A model generated the notes under the pieces. That model ran no database searches, was not told the DNA's origin, and worked only from the letters and a program-made list of their open reading frames with translations. The position numbers and the translations under genes were made by a program. A DNA stretch of 64,000 nucleotides from Monocercomonoides exilis PA203 (Eukaryota > Protista > Preaxostyla). The first letter of the stretch is position 1. Each line of letters opens with the position of its first letter. The DNA lies in NCBI GenBank assembly GCA_001643675.2, contig LSRY02000007.1, forward strand, positions 1,054,001 to 1,118,000. The letters are read 5' to 3'. Shown piece after piece: positions 34,873 through 52,850 of this stretch.

Positions 34873-36008
34873 ATGAATTATGAAAGTGTGTATTTAATTG
34901 CTATCTATTATTAATTGAATGATTATGATTGCTAAGAATTATTAATTCCAATTAGATTGCTTATTGAAACAAAACAAAAGAAAATATCAGAAGTGTTCAC
35001 AGTTAACGTTTTTGACAAGTTCACTTCACATAAAATAATAGCAGAACAAATAGCAATGGATTGGTCATTATCACCAAATATTGTTTTATCAATTTTTGAA
35101 GCAATTACAGCAACAACAGCATATTATCTTCTAAAGTATCGTTCAAGCGAAATATCTCGAAAACTTGAAGGGATTCATGTTTTAGATGTTTGCAACAAAT
35201 CTTTACGCTTGTTTTATTTGCTTCATTGAATTTATTTTTAAGATTCAAATTCCTTTGGGAGATAAGATTTTTTCTGATTCATTAAGATGGGACTTTTCGA
35301 GAAATGATCAAAGCATTGAAGAATACGTTGAGTAATATTTCGCTATTCTATATATCTGTTTTATATTTATATTCATTCCAAATTTAGAGCGACTTCAGAA
35401 GATTTTGGGTTGGACGGAGAAAAACGAGTTTCATTATTTGCATCTGTTCTTGACGAGGTTCGTGCATCCTTTCTTGAAATGCAAAATTTCAATTTAATAT
35501 GCTTTAAAATTTGGATCAGTTTTTTAAAGTTTTCATTGAAGGCCCTGCGCCTTCTGGCACTCAAGATGAGAGTGAAGAGTCAATAAATGAATCTTATTCT
35601 CCAAAACCATTCATTTCACAAGCTTCACCAGAGCAATTTCAGATGTGGGCGGAAATGACTCTTTCAACGAAATTGTTTTGATAGTTCTTATTAAATATTT
35701 ATCGAATTGCATTTATCACTGTACTTGTTTATATTGCTCGATTTTTTTTATTTGAATTCAGATCTCTAATTGAAGAGGCGCGTTCACACCCCAGCGAAAA
35801 AGAGCGTTTGTTTCGTCCACCAGAAGACTTTGGGGAATATGCGTTTATTTGGGAAGACGAGAATGCATCCTTAAAAGAACCAACATTTAGGTTTTTAGGA
35901 TATGTTCCTTCATCTGCATCAATTTACAGCCAATCTCTAAATTTTCATGAAGAAAGCTCAAAAAATGAAAATTCAATCGAGAACGAAGCCAAAAAAGATT
36001 CAAGTTGA
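34873..36008 (+). CDS. SNF5: SNF5/SMARCB1-like SWI/SNF subunit, spliced and divergent
   Basis: LLIPIRLLIE..KKISEVFTVN..F...IIAEQIAMDWSL (repeat 1) and IQIPLGDKIFSDSLRWDFS...SIEEYV..ATSEDFGL (repeat 2) match the two SNF5 core repeats. GT-AG introns; the 3' exon structure is uncertain. Confidence 0.65.
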
Positions 36009-37086
36009 TTGAATCATGGAAATGTTGTTTGAAAGAACCAAAATGTTAAAAAAGCTGGCACCAACGTCTTCTATCTGAAGATGCAACCAAACCCAAACGT
36101 TATGTATGTTAAGCCATGATTCAAGTCAGAAAAGCTGTTTCTTTTTTCCTCCCCAAAAAATGTAACTTACATTTTGAAAGACAAGCACTGTCAAGAAAAC
36201 TTTTAATTAAAATTATTTATCCTCCCCATATCAGATGTTTATATTTCCGAAAAAATTTTTTCCAAAAGAAAAATAGCCAGCAAGTCTCTCAAATAATTAT
36301 TCCAATTGAAATGGAAAACCTCAACAAACAACGTTTGGCATTCGAATTGAAAATTTCCACCTCAAACAACACGAGAACAGAAGCAGGAAAGCTTCCGCTG
36401 AAAAAACATAAAATCAAACAAAAAACGCTAAAAGAATTGGAATAAACTTGCTTGATTGAAGCAAAGCCGCTTCACAATTCATAACGAAAACAAAACACTC
36501 GAAATAATCTTGATATAAAAGTAAAGGTTCCTCTTTGATTGGAACTCCGAAAAACACACGAAAAAAGAAAAGAAAAACTCAAAAAATGTTTAAAACTCAA
36601 ACAATCCGTCAAACAATCCAACAAACAATCCAACAAACAAATACAAACAAAAAATCATCTTGAAAAATGAAATAAAAAATAAAAACGAAAAAGTTAATTT
36701 AAACATAAATAAAAAAAGGAAAATAAAAAAATTATTTAATAACAACACTAACCACAAATTCTATCCAAACCATTCTATAAAACAGAAAAATACACAACAA
36801 ACTTATACAGAAAAACTTAACTATCCTCTAAAAAAAGCCTATGCGCATTATTAAAATGAAAGAAAAATGCAATATTATAAAATAAAACATATACATACTG
36901 TACTATCTCAATCTATCTTTCCCTCTAAAAAATTTTCTCATTTTAATATTCTAATTGGAAGTTTTCAGTAATTCTTCCACTATTCACAAACAATCTGAAA
37001 GGCTTTGAACTCTATTACTGAAGCTACATACAGAAATCTCTCCCAAGCCTCTCGTGGCTCATTCACACAAGAAGATGATACAACAA

Positions 37087-38718
37087 TCAAAATTTCCGAT
37101 AATAATAAGGCACCATTGATGTTTGTTGCGGCAAAGAAGAAGGTTGCAGGAAAGGAGGTTGAATGGCAGTATTAGCACTCATAGCACCAGAAAAAGATGT
37201 GGCAGAAGAAAGAGAAGGAGAGGGAGAAGACGAAGGAGAAGAAGAAGGAGAAGAAGAAACATTGGAGTAAGTAGATGGAGGTGACGACAAAGTAAAAGAA
37301 GTATTGCTCGTATAAGGTGTTGAGGCAGCGTAATAAGGATTAAAGGGGCTATAAACAGAGGGACTGAAATTCAACATCTGTACTTGGCGTGGCATTTCTT
37401 GAGGTTGCAGTACTCCATAAGTACTTGCTTGACTCGCTAAGACAGGAACAGTCTGCGAAAAAACAGGTCGATATGGAACAGGAGAATACACAGGAGCAAA
37501 AGAAGATGTCATCAGGCTTGTAGCCGAAGATGGCTGCAGAATAGTAGGCGGAGGCGGCGGTGGAGGAGGAGGAGGTATATACTTTTGGGGTTGAGTTGGA
37601 TCATAATATTGAAAGCTTTGTGGATAAACTGCTTCATAAATCTGAGGCACTTGCAGTTGAGGCTGGACATATGGAGGTAGTTGCTGTTGCATATGAAGTT
37701 GAGGCTGAAAGGAAACCAGACTCGAAGGAGCTGGAATCAATTCAGTTTTCTCACTTTTGTCGGTTTTTTGCTTGTGCGGCTTTTGAGGGCAATTCCGTTC
37801 AATATGTCCAGTCATATGACAATAGAAGCATATACGTCGATCTTCATTGGGACAATTCTTGCTGCAATGACCTTTCTCTCCGCAACGAAAGCAACTGTCA
37901 CGACAAATCTTTGTTTTATGTTTGGTATTTTTCGATGTTTCTGTAGAAGCTTCGCTTGAATCCGATTTAATTTGTAAAGTAATTTCAGCTGGTGTTAATT
38001 TCTTATGATGATAGGGACATTTATCAAATGAATGACCAAATTGCCCGCAATGAAAACATCTTATTTTAAACATATTTCCTCGAGCGCTGCCTGATTCCGG
38101 ATTCGATGATAGCGATCCAGATGACGACAAAGATGCAACAGAAGGCGATGCGTCTCCAGGAGTGAAAGTTGAAGTTGATGACGGACAATCTGGCGGGGAA
38201 CTATCACTAAGGCTGGAACCAAAAAACGGTTGCTTGCGCTTTCTTTCTTTTTTCAGCCTTTCACAATCACGGCATGAACAATTACACTGTAAATCTAATG
38301 AACTTGACTTCATAAAATGACCATGAATCGGGCAATCGCAATGAGCAACAAAAAACTTAACTTTTGGATACGGATTCTTCGGAGTTTCAAAAATTGGTTC
38401 AGTCGTTTGATTTGTCAGCAACGAAATTCTTTCCATCAATGGGGGAGATAAAACCGACTGTGATCGGGAGATGTCCTCACATAAAAAATTAGTTTCTATT
38501 GCTTGGGCATCCATCATTGAAAAATCATCTCTAAATGGAGAAAAGCCATCACAGTAATAATTTAATAACGTTGGAGAAATCGGAGATAAAATTGGGGATA
38601 AAATTGGTGTAATTTGAGAATGCTTCATTAATTGCAACGTTGATGCAGAATCCACGCTGTCCTCAACAAGTTTTAAGTCTTCGGTCAACTGAAGAGAAAG
38701 ACGTTCTTTCTTTGCCAT
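37087..38718 (-). CDS. CCHC zinc-knuckle protein (3 knuckles) with a Pro/Gln/Ser-rich C-terminus
   Basis: CFHCGQFGHSFDKC, CFRCGEKGHCSKNC, CFYCHMTGHIERNC. Confidence 0.85.
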   Translation of the reverse strand: MAKKERLSLQLTEDLKLVEDSVDSASTLQLMKHSQITPILSPILSPISPTLLNYYCDGFSPFRDDFSMMDAQAIETNFLCEDISRSQSVLSPPLMERISLLTNQTTEPIFETPKNPYPKVKFFVAHCDCPIHGHFMKSSSLDLQCNCSCRDCERLKKERKRKQPFFGSSLSDSSPPDCPSSTSTFTPGDASPSVASLSSSGSLSSNPESGSARGNMFKIRCFHCGQFGHSFDKCPYHHKKLTPAEITLQIKSDSSEASTETSKNTKHKTKICRDSCFRCGEKGHCSKNCPNEDRRICFYCHMTGHIERNCPQKPHKQKTDKSEKTELIPAPSSLVSFQPQLHMQQQLPPYVQPQLQVPQIYEAVYPQSFQYYDPTQPQKYIPPPPPPPPPPTILQPSSATSLMTSSFAPVYSPVPYRPVFSQTVPVLASQASTYGVLQPQEMPRQVQMLNFSPSVYSPFNPYYAASTPYTSNTSFTLSSPPSTYSNVSSSPSSSPSSSPSPSLSSATSFSGAMSANTAIQPPFLQPSSLPQQTSMVPYYYRKF

Positions 38719-38960
38719 TCAACTAATTTTATGATGGGATGTGTGCCCATTTTAAAGACTATTTGAAGAGTGAATTATATCTGATTTGTTTTTGTAAATT
38801 CTATTCCGGAATTTCGCAGCAATAGAACATTGAATCAAATAAAAGATGGTTTGAGCTTTGTCAAAATTATTGTGAAAATGTCAAACATTTATAATATTAA
38901 TAAGATCAAAATAATTTTGATATTTTTAATTATTGACCAATTGTACACTTTTCACAAAAG

Positions 38961-41900
38961 ATGAGTGCAATTGCAATATTGATATGTTTATGCTCGCATG
39001 CATTTAGTTTGACAAACAATCAATCGTATCGACCAAATAGATTTTTGTGTTTGTGATGAAAAGTTATTTTTAATAATAATGAAATATTCGAAATGTTTTA
39101 TTTTTAAAAAAATAAGCTAATCAAGAAAATAGTTTGCAAAAATAATTTTTTCATAAAAAAACATTTTCTAAAATTTTTACTTTATTTATTTATTTTAGGA
39201 CAATGCAAACAAGAAGAATTAGAATGGTATTTTGGGCCATGCGTCCATGGAGAACGCAGCATTGCATTTATTCCCAAAAGTACTTTGGATTCAAATTGCA
39301 CAGCACCTCCTCCTCTTCGAAATGTTGATTGCTTTCTAAAGTGTAATCGCGGACAGTATTATGTGCTTGAAAAGGATATATGCCAAACATGCGATGAAGG
39401 CTCATTTGCAGAAGGTTATGAAACGCAATATTCTTCTCTGAAAACGATTCCAAAAGAGTTCACATTTGAATATGAAAAAGAAGGAAAACCTTGGATTTTG
39501 AATGGTGGAATGTTTACAACGGGAGAGCAATATCAAGATTCTGTTACACGTTTGCTTTTGACCGTTGATATTTTAGCCGAAAGGGGTTGGGTGCGTTTTT
39601 CTTTTGAGCATTTTTCTAATGAAGTTATCGAAGGATTTGAAACTGAAAGTGAAGCATCTTCGGAATTGTGGTTCAGCATAGATGGTATCAGAATGGATAG
39701 CAAGTCACTAACATCGCAAACGTGGATTGAAAAAAGATATGAAATGAGTTTTGGACGTCATGTTTTGGCGTGGGAGTTCGTTACACTTTCGGACTATCGG
39801 TTCACTATGGATGGAGCTCGTATACGGCAGATTGCAATTGGCGGAACGAACATTCTTGTGGGGCATTGCTCAAAATGCCCCGCGGGATGGACGTCGACCA
39901 ACGGCGAGTGCCAGCGCTGCAAGAGAAACACCTTCTCTGCTGTGCCAGGCTCTGCTCGGTGTGAAGACTGCAAAGAGACTGAATATGCGGATGAAGGGAG
40001 CGCAACATGCATCGAGCGAAAGCCTTGCACAGAAAAGGACATGACATACCGATTGGGGGAATGCGAACTGCACAACGGAGCGCCGCGGAAGAAGAAGACG
40101 TATTGGTGGATTGAACCGCGCATTTGTATCACGAAGAGCGAGAAGGAACAGTATTTGGCAAAGACTCAAAGCAATTTGAAAGGTAATGAAGAACCAACGC
40201 CAAAGGACGGTGAAGTGGAAGGAATGGATTTGAAAGAGGAAGAGTGGGTTGAGTGCGGTTCGTGTGGTGCAGGCCAAAAACGTGCAGCTGATGGAGTTGG
40301 GTGTGTGGCGTGTGAGCAAGGCACATATAGAGACGGGACAGAAGAAGATGACTCAAAGTGCCGTGTGTGTGAGGCAGGGCACGCTGCCTCGCTGACACTG
40401 GAACTGGAGCATGTGGATGTGGTGGAGGATGTGTTTGACACGTGGTGCATTGACGGGGACGATGACGATGGCGGTGCAAGAGACGGGTTTTGCGCGACGA
40501 AAGGATGGATTGCACAGGATGACCACCTGAACTCGGGGCATTTCCACAGAGGAAATGTGCAGTCGTGGCTTCTCTTGGACATTGAAAGTCTGCTGATGCA
40601 GCTGGAAGAAGAGCCAAATGCGGCTGCAAATGCAGATCGAGAAGGGAGTGGAAGCCAAGGAAGTTCAGTTGATCGTAACGATGATAATGCAGCTAAGAAG
40701 AAGAACTATGCGCAGAAATATCCGACAATAACATTTCACTACATCACCCATCTGGGGAAAGGATCGAAGATGCGCTGGTTCTCTTCGACGATGGGAGCAC
40801 CAGAGGTTGCCAGCAGCTCCAACAACAACATCACAATGCAGTGGACGCGCAAACTGCAACCAGGGGACAAGAAGTTTTGGTGGGTGTATGAGAAGAATGA
40901 AGGGGAATTCGGAATGACAAGCGAGGATGAAGAAATTGAGGATGATTTTGTTGAATTGACGCTGATTGTGCTGTCTGGAATTGAGAAGCAAACAGAGCAG
41001 AGTAACTTTGAGCTTAGCGAATTGATACGACGAGGAGTCATTATGAATGGCAGACAAGCCAAACGCAAGGCCAATGGCTCTTCCAACGACATTATCAAGA
41101 AAAGACTGAAGTCTATTGGAGGTGCCATTGAATGCAGTGCATGCAGCTCTGGCACATTTGCCAAGGAAGCGTCAACAGAATGTGCAGCGTGCCCAGCCGG
41201 CACATTCTCCAACGAAGAGGCGTCTGAATGCACGCCTTGCGATGCATCTTCTTTTTCCAGCCATTCTGGAAGCAGCAAGTGCAATGCGTGCGGGGAACAC
41301 ACAAGAGCGTCAGCTGATCGAGTCACTTGTGTGCCAGATGTCATCAGCGAGGAGACAGAGAAGCTGCTCACACAGAACCCAAGCCAAGTCCCAGACTGGG
41401 TGGTCAGTGCTGCGTGTGGCTTTGCTCAGGCAGAAGGAGAGAGATACAATCTGTCGGGGCTTATTGGAGAGAACGGGAAGATGATGGGCCCTCTGAAAGC
41501 AGACAACGACAAGACTGAGTTCTATTTGAGCATCTGCAGCAGGAAGTCTTCGCAGTTGTACTGCAAATCAAGAAAGGGGAATGCAGATTCGTCTGAAACA
41601 GAGCAGAAGAGGATGAAGAAAGCCAACGAAGCAACAACAATTGAAGGAGCTCTTGGCTGTTTTGTGAACAACAACGGAGTTCCTTTCAGCTTTGGGGACA
41701 AAATGAGCTTTCGTGTGTTTGATGGCAAAGCTGATAAAGAATTGCTTGACTTGTCAAGCAGAGGGCGTCGCAGCCTTGAGAGCATCAGAAACAGAAGAAC
41801 TTTGCTGAAACGAACTGCAGAGGCAGAAAAAACAAAGCATTCCTCATTTGACCTTATTAACACAAACATTTCATTCACGTCAAATCAAGCATCGGCAAAC

Positions 41901-42863
41901 AACGACGAAGATAAAAGCGGAGTTGAGGTGCGGATATATGATGGCTCGCCATGCTTCAAGTCACTTTCCACGATGGAAGTTGTGCCTCGCTCTGCTGTCA
42001 TCCGTGTTGTGTGCAACCCGACTGCTGGTGTTGGCCATCCTCAGCTGATATCGCCTCCGGGGGGATCAAAGGAGAATCCGTGCGAACACGTTTTTGAGTG
42101 GGAAAGCGCGTTTGGATGCAGATTGTGCGAAGAAACAGACTTTGTGGAGAGAATCGGAGTATGTGTCCCAAAGAAAGCGAACGCAAAAGCAAGTGATGCT
42201 AAAAATGCTTCTTCTTCAAACACAGAAGGAGATAGCAAAACTCAACAAAAGAAGAGCACCTCGAAGACAGAAGAGAAAGAGCGGGAACGTCTGTGGGGCT
42301 TGCGAGAAGGGGTGAAGTGCCACGGCGGGTTTGTTCCACCAGAAAGTGTTTGGGAGAACTGCCCTGCAGAAAATGCGGTTGTGCAGCTGTCGGCGCTGCA
42401 GGTTGTTCTCATCTGTGTCGGTGCTGTGGCTGTGCTGGGGATTGATGTTGTTGCGATTGTGTGCCTGTGGAAGAAGAACCGGAAGCTGAAGTATCGAATG
42501 CTGCAGAAGGAAAACGAGAAGCTTGGAAGCGGCACGACGTCGATCATGGAGAACGACACAGGAGCGACAGGGTCATCGTTGAAGAAGCCGAAGACTGTGG
42601 ATCTGACTGAGTTTTCTCTGATTGAAGGCAAAGAGGAAGGGAAAGCGAGGAGGAAGAATTCTGTGCTGACGAATGCGCAGACGGTGCATCTTGTGGAGGA
42701 GTACGGGCAGCCTGAAGAGAGTGTGAAGAATTCTGTGTTTGAGATCGACAGCTCATTTGGAATGAATGAGCCTGCGGAGGATGATGATGAGGACAAAGAT
42801 GACGAGGAGGTGCTGTCGAAAGACTTGGAAAGAATGAGGGATTCGCAAAAGGCGCTGCAATAA
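38961..42863 (+). CDS. ELAPOR/KIAA1324 (EIG121)-like type I membrane protein: signal peptide, Cys-rich repeats, MRH-like domain, TM helix
   Basis: Upstream exon MSAIAILICLCSHAFS; C..C.AGTF repeats; YNLS.L, FYLSIC and VIRVVCNP...CEHVFEWESAFGCRLC (MRH-like); TM VVLICVGAVAVLGIDVVAIVCLW followed by KKNRKLKYRML. Confidence 0.8.
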
Positions 42864-43339
42864 TTTGAATATTGTGGTGAGGTTTTGTATAATTTGAGTT
42901 TATCTTAAAAAAAAATACAAGTAATTTTAATCTGAACAATTTTAAAACTTTTTTTTATCACTTTCATTTTTTTGAGCTTTTGTCTAATAATCTTCTATTG
43001 AAATATTCATGAACACGTATGAATCGATTTGTGTAATATATAACAATTTTCATGCTGAATATCATTTTGCAATGCTTTTCTTGAGTTTTTTTGAAAGTAT
43101 TTATGTGTTATTTCTATTGTTTACATGACAACTCTTCGTATTGAAAACACTTACAAAGAAAGAGGAACAGTATATTATCTTTTTTCATTTGATAAAAGAA
43201 AAATAAAGAAAGAAGAGAATAAGAAAGAATATTATTTGTTGGTGAAAGAAGAAAACATAACATGAAAAACAATGACGTGGAGGTGAATTGTGAAAAATTT
43301 CCAATCATTTGAATCTGTCAAAGACGAATGAAAGGAAGT

Positions 43340-47798
<4,459 letters not shown>

Positions 47799-48024
47799 AA
47801 ATTATTATAATCCTATTTGAATTTGCTAAACTTAGTATGGATTGGATCATAAACGATCAAAATGCAACTTCATGCTCGTTTGTAATTTATCATTGTGAAA
47901 AATAATTTTAATCTTTATTAAAATATTTAATAATTTTATTCGAATATTCTGCAATTTTTCAGTCGTGAAGAAGCAGTCAGAAACTTTAAAACAATGCCCT
48001 GTTGGTTCTGCTGATTGGTCAACA

Positions 48025-49287
48025 ATGGCAAAAAATATGAAACGCCTTTCTGTCATTGCATTAATGGAAAATTCTGTTCCACTTAAAAAGGCACTTTTTT
48101 CAACTATATTTATCATATTTTTTAAATTGCAAAATTTTATTTTTCAAAAGGGAGAAAATCTTTGGGCATCAAGCCGTTACTCTGTTCGTGCTCTAATCGA
48201 GACAGGCAGACATCTTCAATGCATTCCAATTTTAAATAGTTTTTACAAATGGAGGGTCGAGACTTTGGCTAATCCATCGAAAATTGAGGTTTTTTTGAAA
48301 ATTTTTCTTAAACAAAAATTCACAATTGAATACTTTCTTTTGACATCATAAACTACATGCTATACATCCTTTCATTTTTGTAGGAAGCAGCTCGAGAAGG
48401 GGCAGTACCTCTTTCAGAGATGACGAGGAGAATTGAACAATTTGAAGCAACTCTTGGACTTGTCACGTTCTGCCTTCTTAACACATATGACGCTTTGCAG
48501 ACGATGTCAGCTCCATCGCTTGTTGAGCACTGTTCATACGTTATTTCTTCTGCTGTTGCACATCCAGAGTTATATTTATCTCATCCTTTAAAAGATAAAA
48601 CTCAACCTATCCTTTGTTTGCTGTATATCTATGAGATTCTGAGACTTGGAGAAGATGTGCCAAATGATAAATCGTTTTATCAAGCAGTTTGCTATGAATT
48701 ATTTAAGTATTTTTTGATAATTTTACAAAATAATCATTATTGTTTGAAAATCAATGAATAAAGATTGTTGATGGAAAACTTTTCTCTCTTTCACTTCGCT
48801 TTTTGAATGCTCATCACGATACCATTCCACAAGCTCAATTAAGCGTTTGCCTAGAAGCTCTTGCTCTGATAGCAGGACATGAGCTATTTGATTTAAACGA
48901 GCACATCAAAATTTCTACTAAAACTGATGCATACGCTGGAGCTTCTTCCTCTTCAACGCCATCTGATCAGCCAACTTCATCATCATCTACACCATCTTCT
49001 CAACCATTGCCTGATGATGGCTCTGCAGGCGTTTCCCTTTGCCAAACGTTCAAAGGTTTATTATTGTTATTATTTATTTATTTTTTTATAAAATTTTTTT
49101 GTAAATAATACTTAAAAATTTTGTGCTTCTCGTTTGACAAATGTTGCTATCTTTCAATATTTAATTTTTTATGTAATTTTTTGACTAACTTTTTCAAGCT
49201 TCTGTTTTGGATCCTTTCATAACGAAAAATCCCGGACGCCGTCCAGGACTTCAGCCATTGACGCGGGCGATTAACAAAGCGAAATGA
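48025..49287 (+). CDS. Hypothetical protein, spliced
   Basis: Consecutive coding-like ORFs (47965-48351, 48420-48761, 48803-49108, final exon to 49287) separated by AT-rich intron-like segments. Confidence 0.55.
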
Positions 49288-49505
49288 AATAGATGATCAT
49301 CGACAATTTATATTTTCATTCACAAGCTATCAACCTCATTCACCCATCTCAAATTTGTAAATTTTTTTAAATTTATTGTTGTTTTCTGTTATTTGCAGAT
49401 TTTAGAATGTAAAGATATTCTAAATTCAAATGAAAAGATTGCAATTAAAAAATTTAAGAAATAATTTGTGTAGGGAAGATCAAATAATTCTTTGACACGA
49501 GATAA

Positions 49506-51957
49506 ATGACAACTCTCTCATTTGACTTACCAGACGAAAATCAGCCTCAGCAAACACAGCAATCATTTATTTCATTTGATACTCTTTTTGCTTATTTTGT
49601 TGATAAAAAAGTTCTGAATGCATCGTTTGTAACTCAATCAAAAAATCTAACAACACAGATAAAAAGCGGATTTCAGGCATTGCCTGACGAAATCAGGGAA
49701 AATTTTGATGATAAAAAAGATCGTATGAACACAGCCATCGTTTTATATTATAATTTATTTCATGTTTGAAATTATTCAGTTCTTCATTTTTGGAATTGTG
49801 AAGCAATATTTAATGAACTAATGAAAAGACCAAATTCATCCAAGAAAGATTTTTTCGGAAGATATGTTGACCCTGAAATTAAGAAATGGAATAATATTAT
49901 GACACAGGTTTTGAAGCTTTTTATTCTGTTTCGTCAAATTATTTTTTTCAAAGTTTCAAAAAAACAATTTACACATTGGCCACGCTGCTCAAATTTTGGC
50001 GAGAACAATTCAATTGGATTTGTGTGTTCTTCACATTATCTTTTTTTTGAAACATCTTTTTCTTTAATCAGGCCTGGGATTCGAAAAGGAATTACAAGAT
50101 ATTCATCAGAAATTGATACTCTTGTTAAAAAACGAACCGAGCAATTGAAATCTGCAGCTGCTTTTCAAAAAGAATTTGATCATGAATGTGCTTTAATTCA
50201 CGCAAAAGGTAGTTCAGATCTATCTACTGCCATTAAAGCACAATCCGAACAAATACCTTCAATTATTGCAAAATATATATATACTTATATAACAACATCA
50301 TGTTTGCTTCAATTTGTTATGAAATTTGTTTTGTAAAGTTATAATTTCGCATTTTACATTTCTGATAATTTTTGGTATATTTTTAATTTTTTTAAAAAAA
50401 AATTAATTTTGAATTTGTGCTTCAGCAAGCTTTATCGCAGCATTAAAATTATACGAGAAATTTAGCAAGCAAAAAGCACCAAAGGTATGAAATTTTCTTT
50501 TATTTGTTCTTTGATAATATTTTGGTTATTTACACCAATATCTTATCAACTTTATTCAATTATGAAAAATAAATATTAAAACATGCATTTTTCATAAAGT
50601 CAACAAAATGGACAGAAAGAAAAATGACAAAAGAAGGCTTTCCAGCTCCATTATCTACACTCTACTGCGTAATGGCTTTATCTGAGTCTGCAACCTTTTT
50701 CAATTTGAAAATTGAGTTTTCATTGCGAATAATTATGATTTTAACTATACTTTTTTTTCTCCAGATCATTTTTGAGTACAATCATGAATGAACCTTGGAA
50801 ACCTTCTTTTTCTTCAACAAAAGAGGAAAGAGCTTCACCTACTCCTCTTCAAAAATCTGCATCTCAAGCATCAACTTTGTCTTCTTCAGCTTCTGCATCC
50901 TCTTCTTCTTCTTCTGCTTCTGCTTCATCTCCATCTCCATCTTCTGCCCCATCTCCATCTCCATCTCCATCATCATCATCTTCTTCATCTTCTTCCGGTG
51001 ATGATGACATTGACTGGGGCGACTTCGACGATGATTTAGCGTTCAGCTACGATGTTGAGGAAGTTGACGATGGAGCATCTTCAACAGGCGCCTCTGCGGA
51101 CTCTGCAGCAGATGCCATTTGTGTTGTCGAGGAAGGAACTGAAGAAGTCATTTCACCGAAGACAGAAGAAGAGGAGAACCGGCTGTTTCTGGCAGCGCTG
51201 GGCGAATCGTCTGACCGCAATGCCCTGCACCGCGACATTCTGGAGATCAAATCGTTCATCGAGCAGCGAATTGTCGAGGCTTCGTCGAGTGACCACAGCA
51301 CCACCACGTCGATTGCTGCAGCATATTCTTCAGTCAGCAAGGGAGAGAAAGGCGGTTCAGGTGGCTCGAGCGGTCTGGATGCAGCAGACGTGTCTGTGCC
51401 GATGTCCACACTGAAGCAGATGCAAACCGCATTGCAGAAGGCGATTGAAGGGGCAAAAGAGAAGAAACTCGAACATTTGATCCTCCTCAAGAACAGTCCA
51501 AGGTGTGTTCTGCTAATTAGTTGTGTGGTCAATTAAGTTCACGTTTAATTGAATCCAACGATTAATTTGTTCATATGAATAATTTTCTTTCTTGTGCCTA
51601 TCTCAATCCTACAGTTATGTGCTGCGTTTGGTAAGTTCTATTCAGACAAAGAAAGATTCTGCAAACAGAATGACTCAACAGGCAAAGCGCACAAGCGTTA
51701 TGATTGAAGAAGCCCAACGCCAAGTTGATAGGCAGAATAAGATACTTGCTGATTATCTCACAAAGATTAGGTATCAAATTGTGTTTTGCTTAAATTGCTT
51801 TTATTAATGTATTTTTTTATCTTGAAAATTGTATTTCCATTTTTCATTTTTATTTCGTAAATCATCTAGAAACCTTGCGACTTGCATTGAGCAGAGCTAT
51901 AATAAGCTGTCAGTTGCAGAGAAAAAATTGAATATTATCGGAATACCCACAAAATAA
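49506..51957 (+). CDS. CDK5RAP3: CDK5RAP3/C53 homolog (UFMylation / ER-phagy adaptor)
   Basis: LHFWNCEAIFNEL..SKKDFFGRY..EIKKWNNI, LHIGHAAQILARTI..D.PGIRKGI, the DIDWGDF motif, RNALHRDILEIKSFIEQR, LILLKNSP.YV.RL, terminal LNIIG. Confidence 0.85.
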
Positions 51958-52098
51958 CATTTCACTTTTTATTCTTTAAATAATATGTTCTTGCAAACTG
52001 TTTTAAGTTTCTAAATACTTTGAGATATTTTTTTCTTCAAAGATTGAACAAAAAATTACTGAAAAGAATGAATAACACAAATTGCTTTCCCAATTAAA

Positions 52099-52772
52099 TC
52101 ACTCTCTCCAATTGAGCTTACACTTAACACATTTATAGAAATGAGTTGCTGGCTCATCAGCAGAACGTGTTTGCATTTCGAAATGATATGCCTCGTTATG
52201 TCCACATCTTGGGCATTGTGCTTCAAATTGGAAGATAAAGGTAATTAAATTTTTAAAATATATTACAAAAAAGAGAGGTTGCATTAAATGATATATTTTT
52301 ACAAAGCACACCGAGATTAGTTGTTGCTGCCTGGGCCATTGCTTCATCACCTCCAAGTACATCATCAACTTTCTTTTTAACGAGAGGAACCTCCTCAACA
52401 ATTTTTTCTAGAGAGATAATTAAAGTGCAAAAAATTAGTTAACAGTCGTTTATTATTTGTAAATGTTTGATAAAATGGCATTATTGGAAATATTTATTAA
52501 TCATGATATCATACCAGTTACAACATGTACAAACGTGCAAGTAGGGCATATGAATCTTAGCCCACTTGTTTGGTCGGGATCGACTGTCATTAAGTTCGAA
52601 CAATTCAAACTGAGGTCAAATTAGTCAAAAAATTTAAACAATCAATTTCACTTTTACATTAATCACAAAAATTAAAATAAATTTAAAATTGAAAATAAAA
52701 AACAACGAATCAGCAAATATTCTCCTTTAAAAAGATTTTTTTCAACTCTCTTCCACCAAACCAGAATAACAT
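52099..52772 (-). CDS. POLR3K: RNA polymerase III subunit C11 (RPC11/POLR3K), spliced
   Basis: MLFC.NCSNL, FICPTC, KEVDDVLGG..AW, CPRCGHNEAYHFEMQTRSADEPATHFYKCVKC..WRE. Confidence 0.9.
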
Positions 52773-52850
52773 TTTGATCAATTATTATTATACCCTTAAA
52801 TAAATAATTCAATAAGGAAAATTTTTCTCCAATTTTTCTTTAAAGCCAAA

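Noticed and set aside
37087-38718. CCHC knuckles as a retrotransposon gag
   Set aside because: No LTRs, protease, RT or integrase nearby. The Pro/Gln tail fits a host RNA-binding protein.
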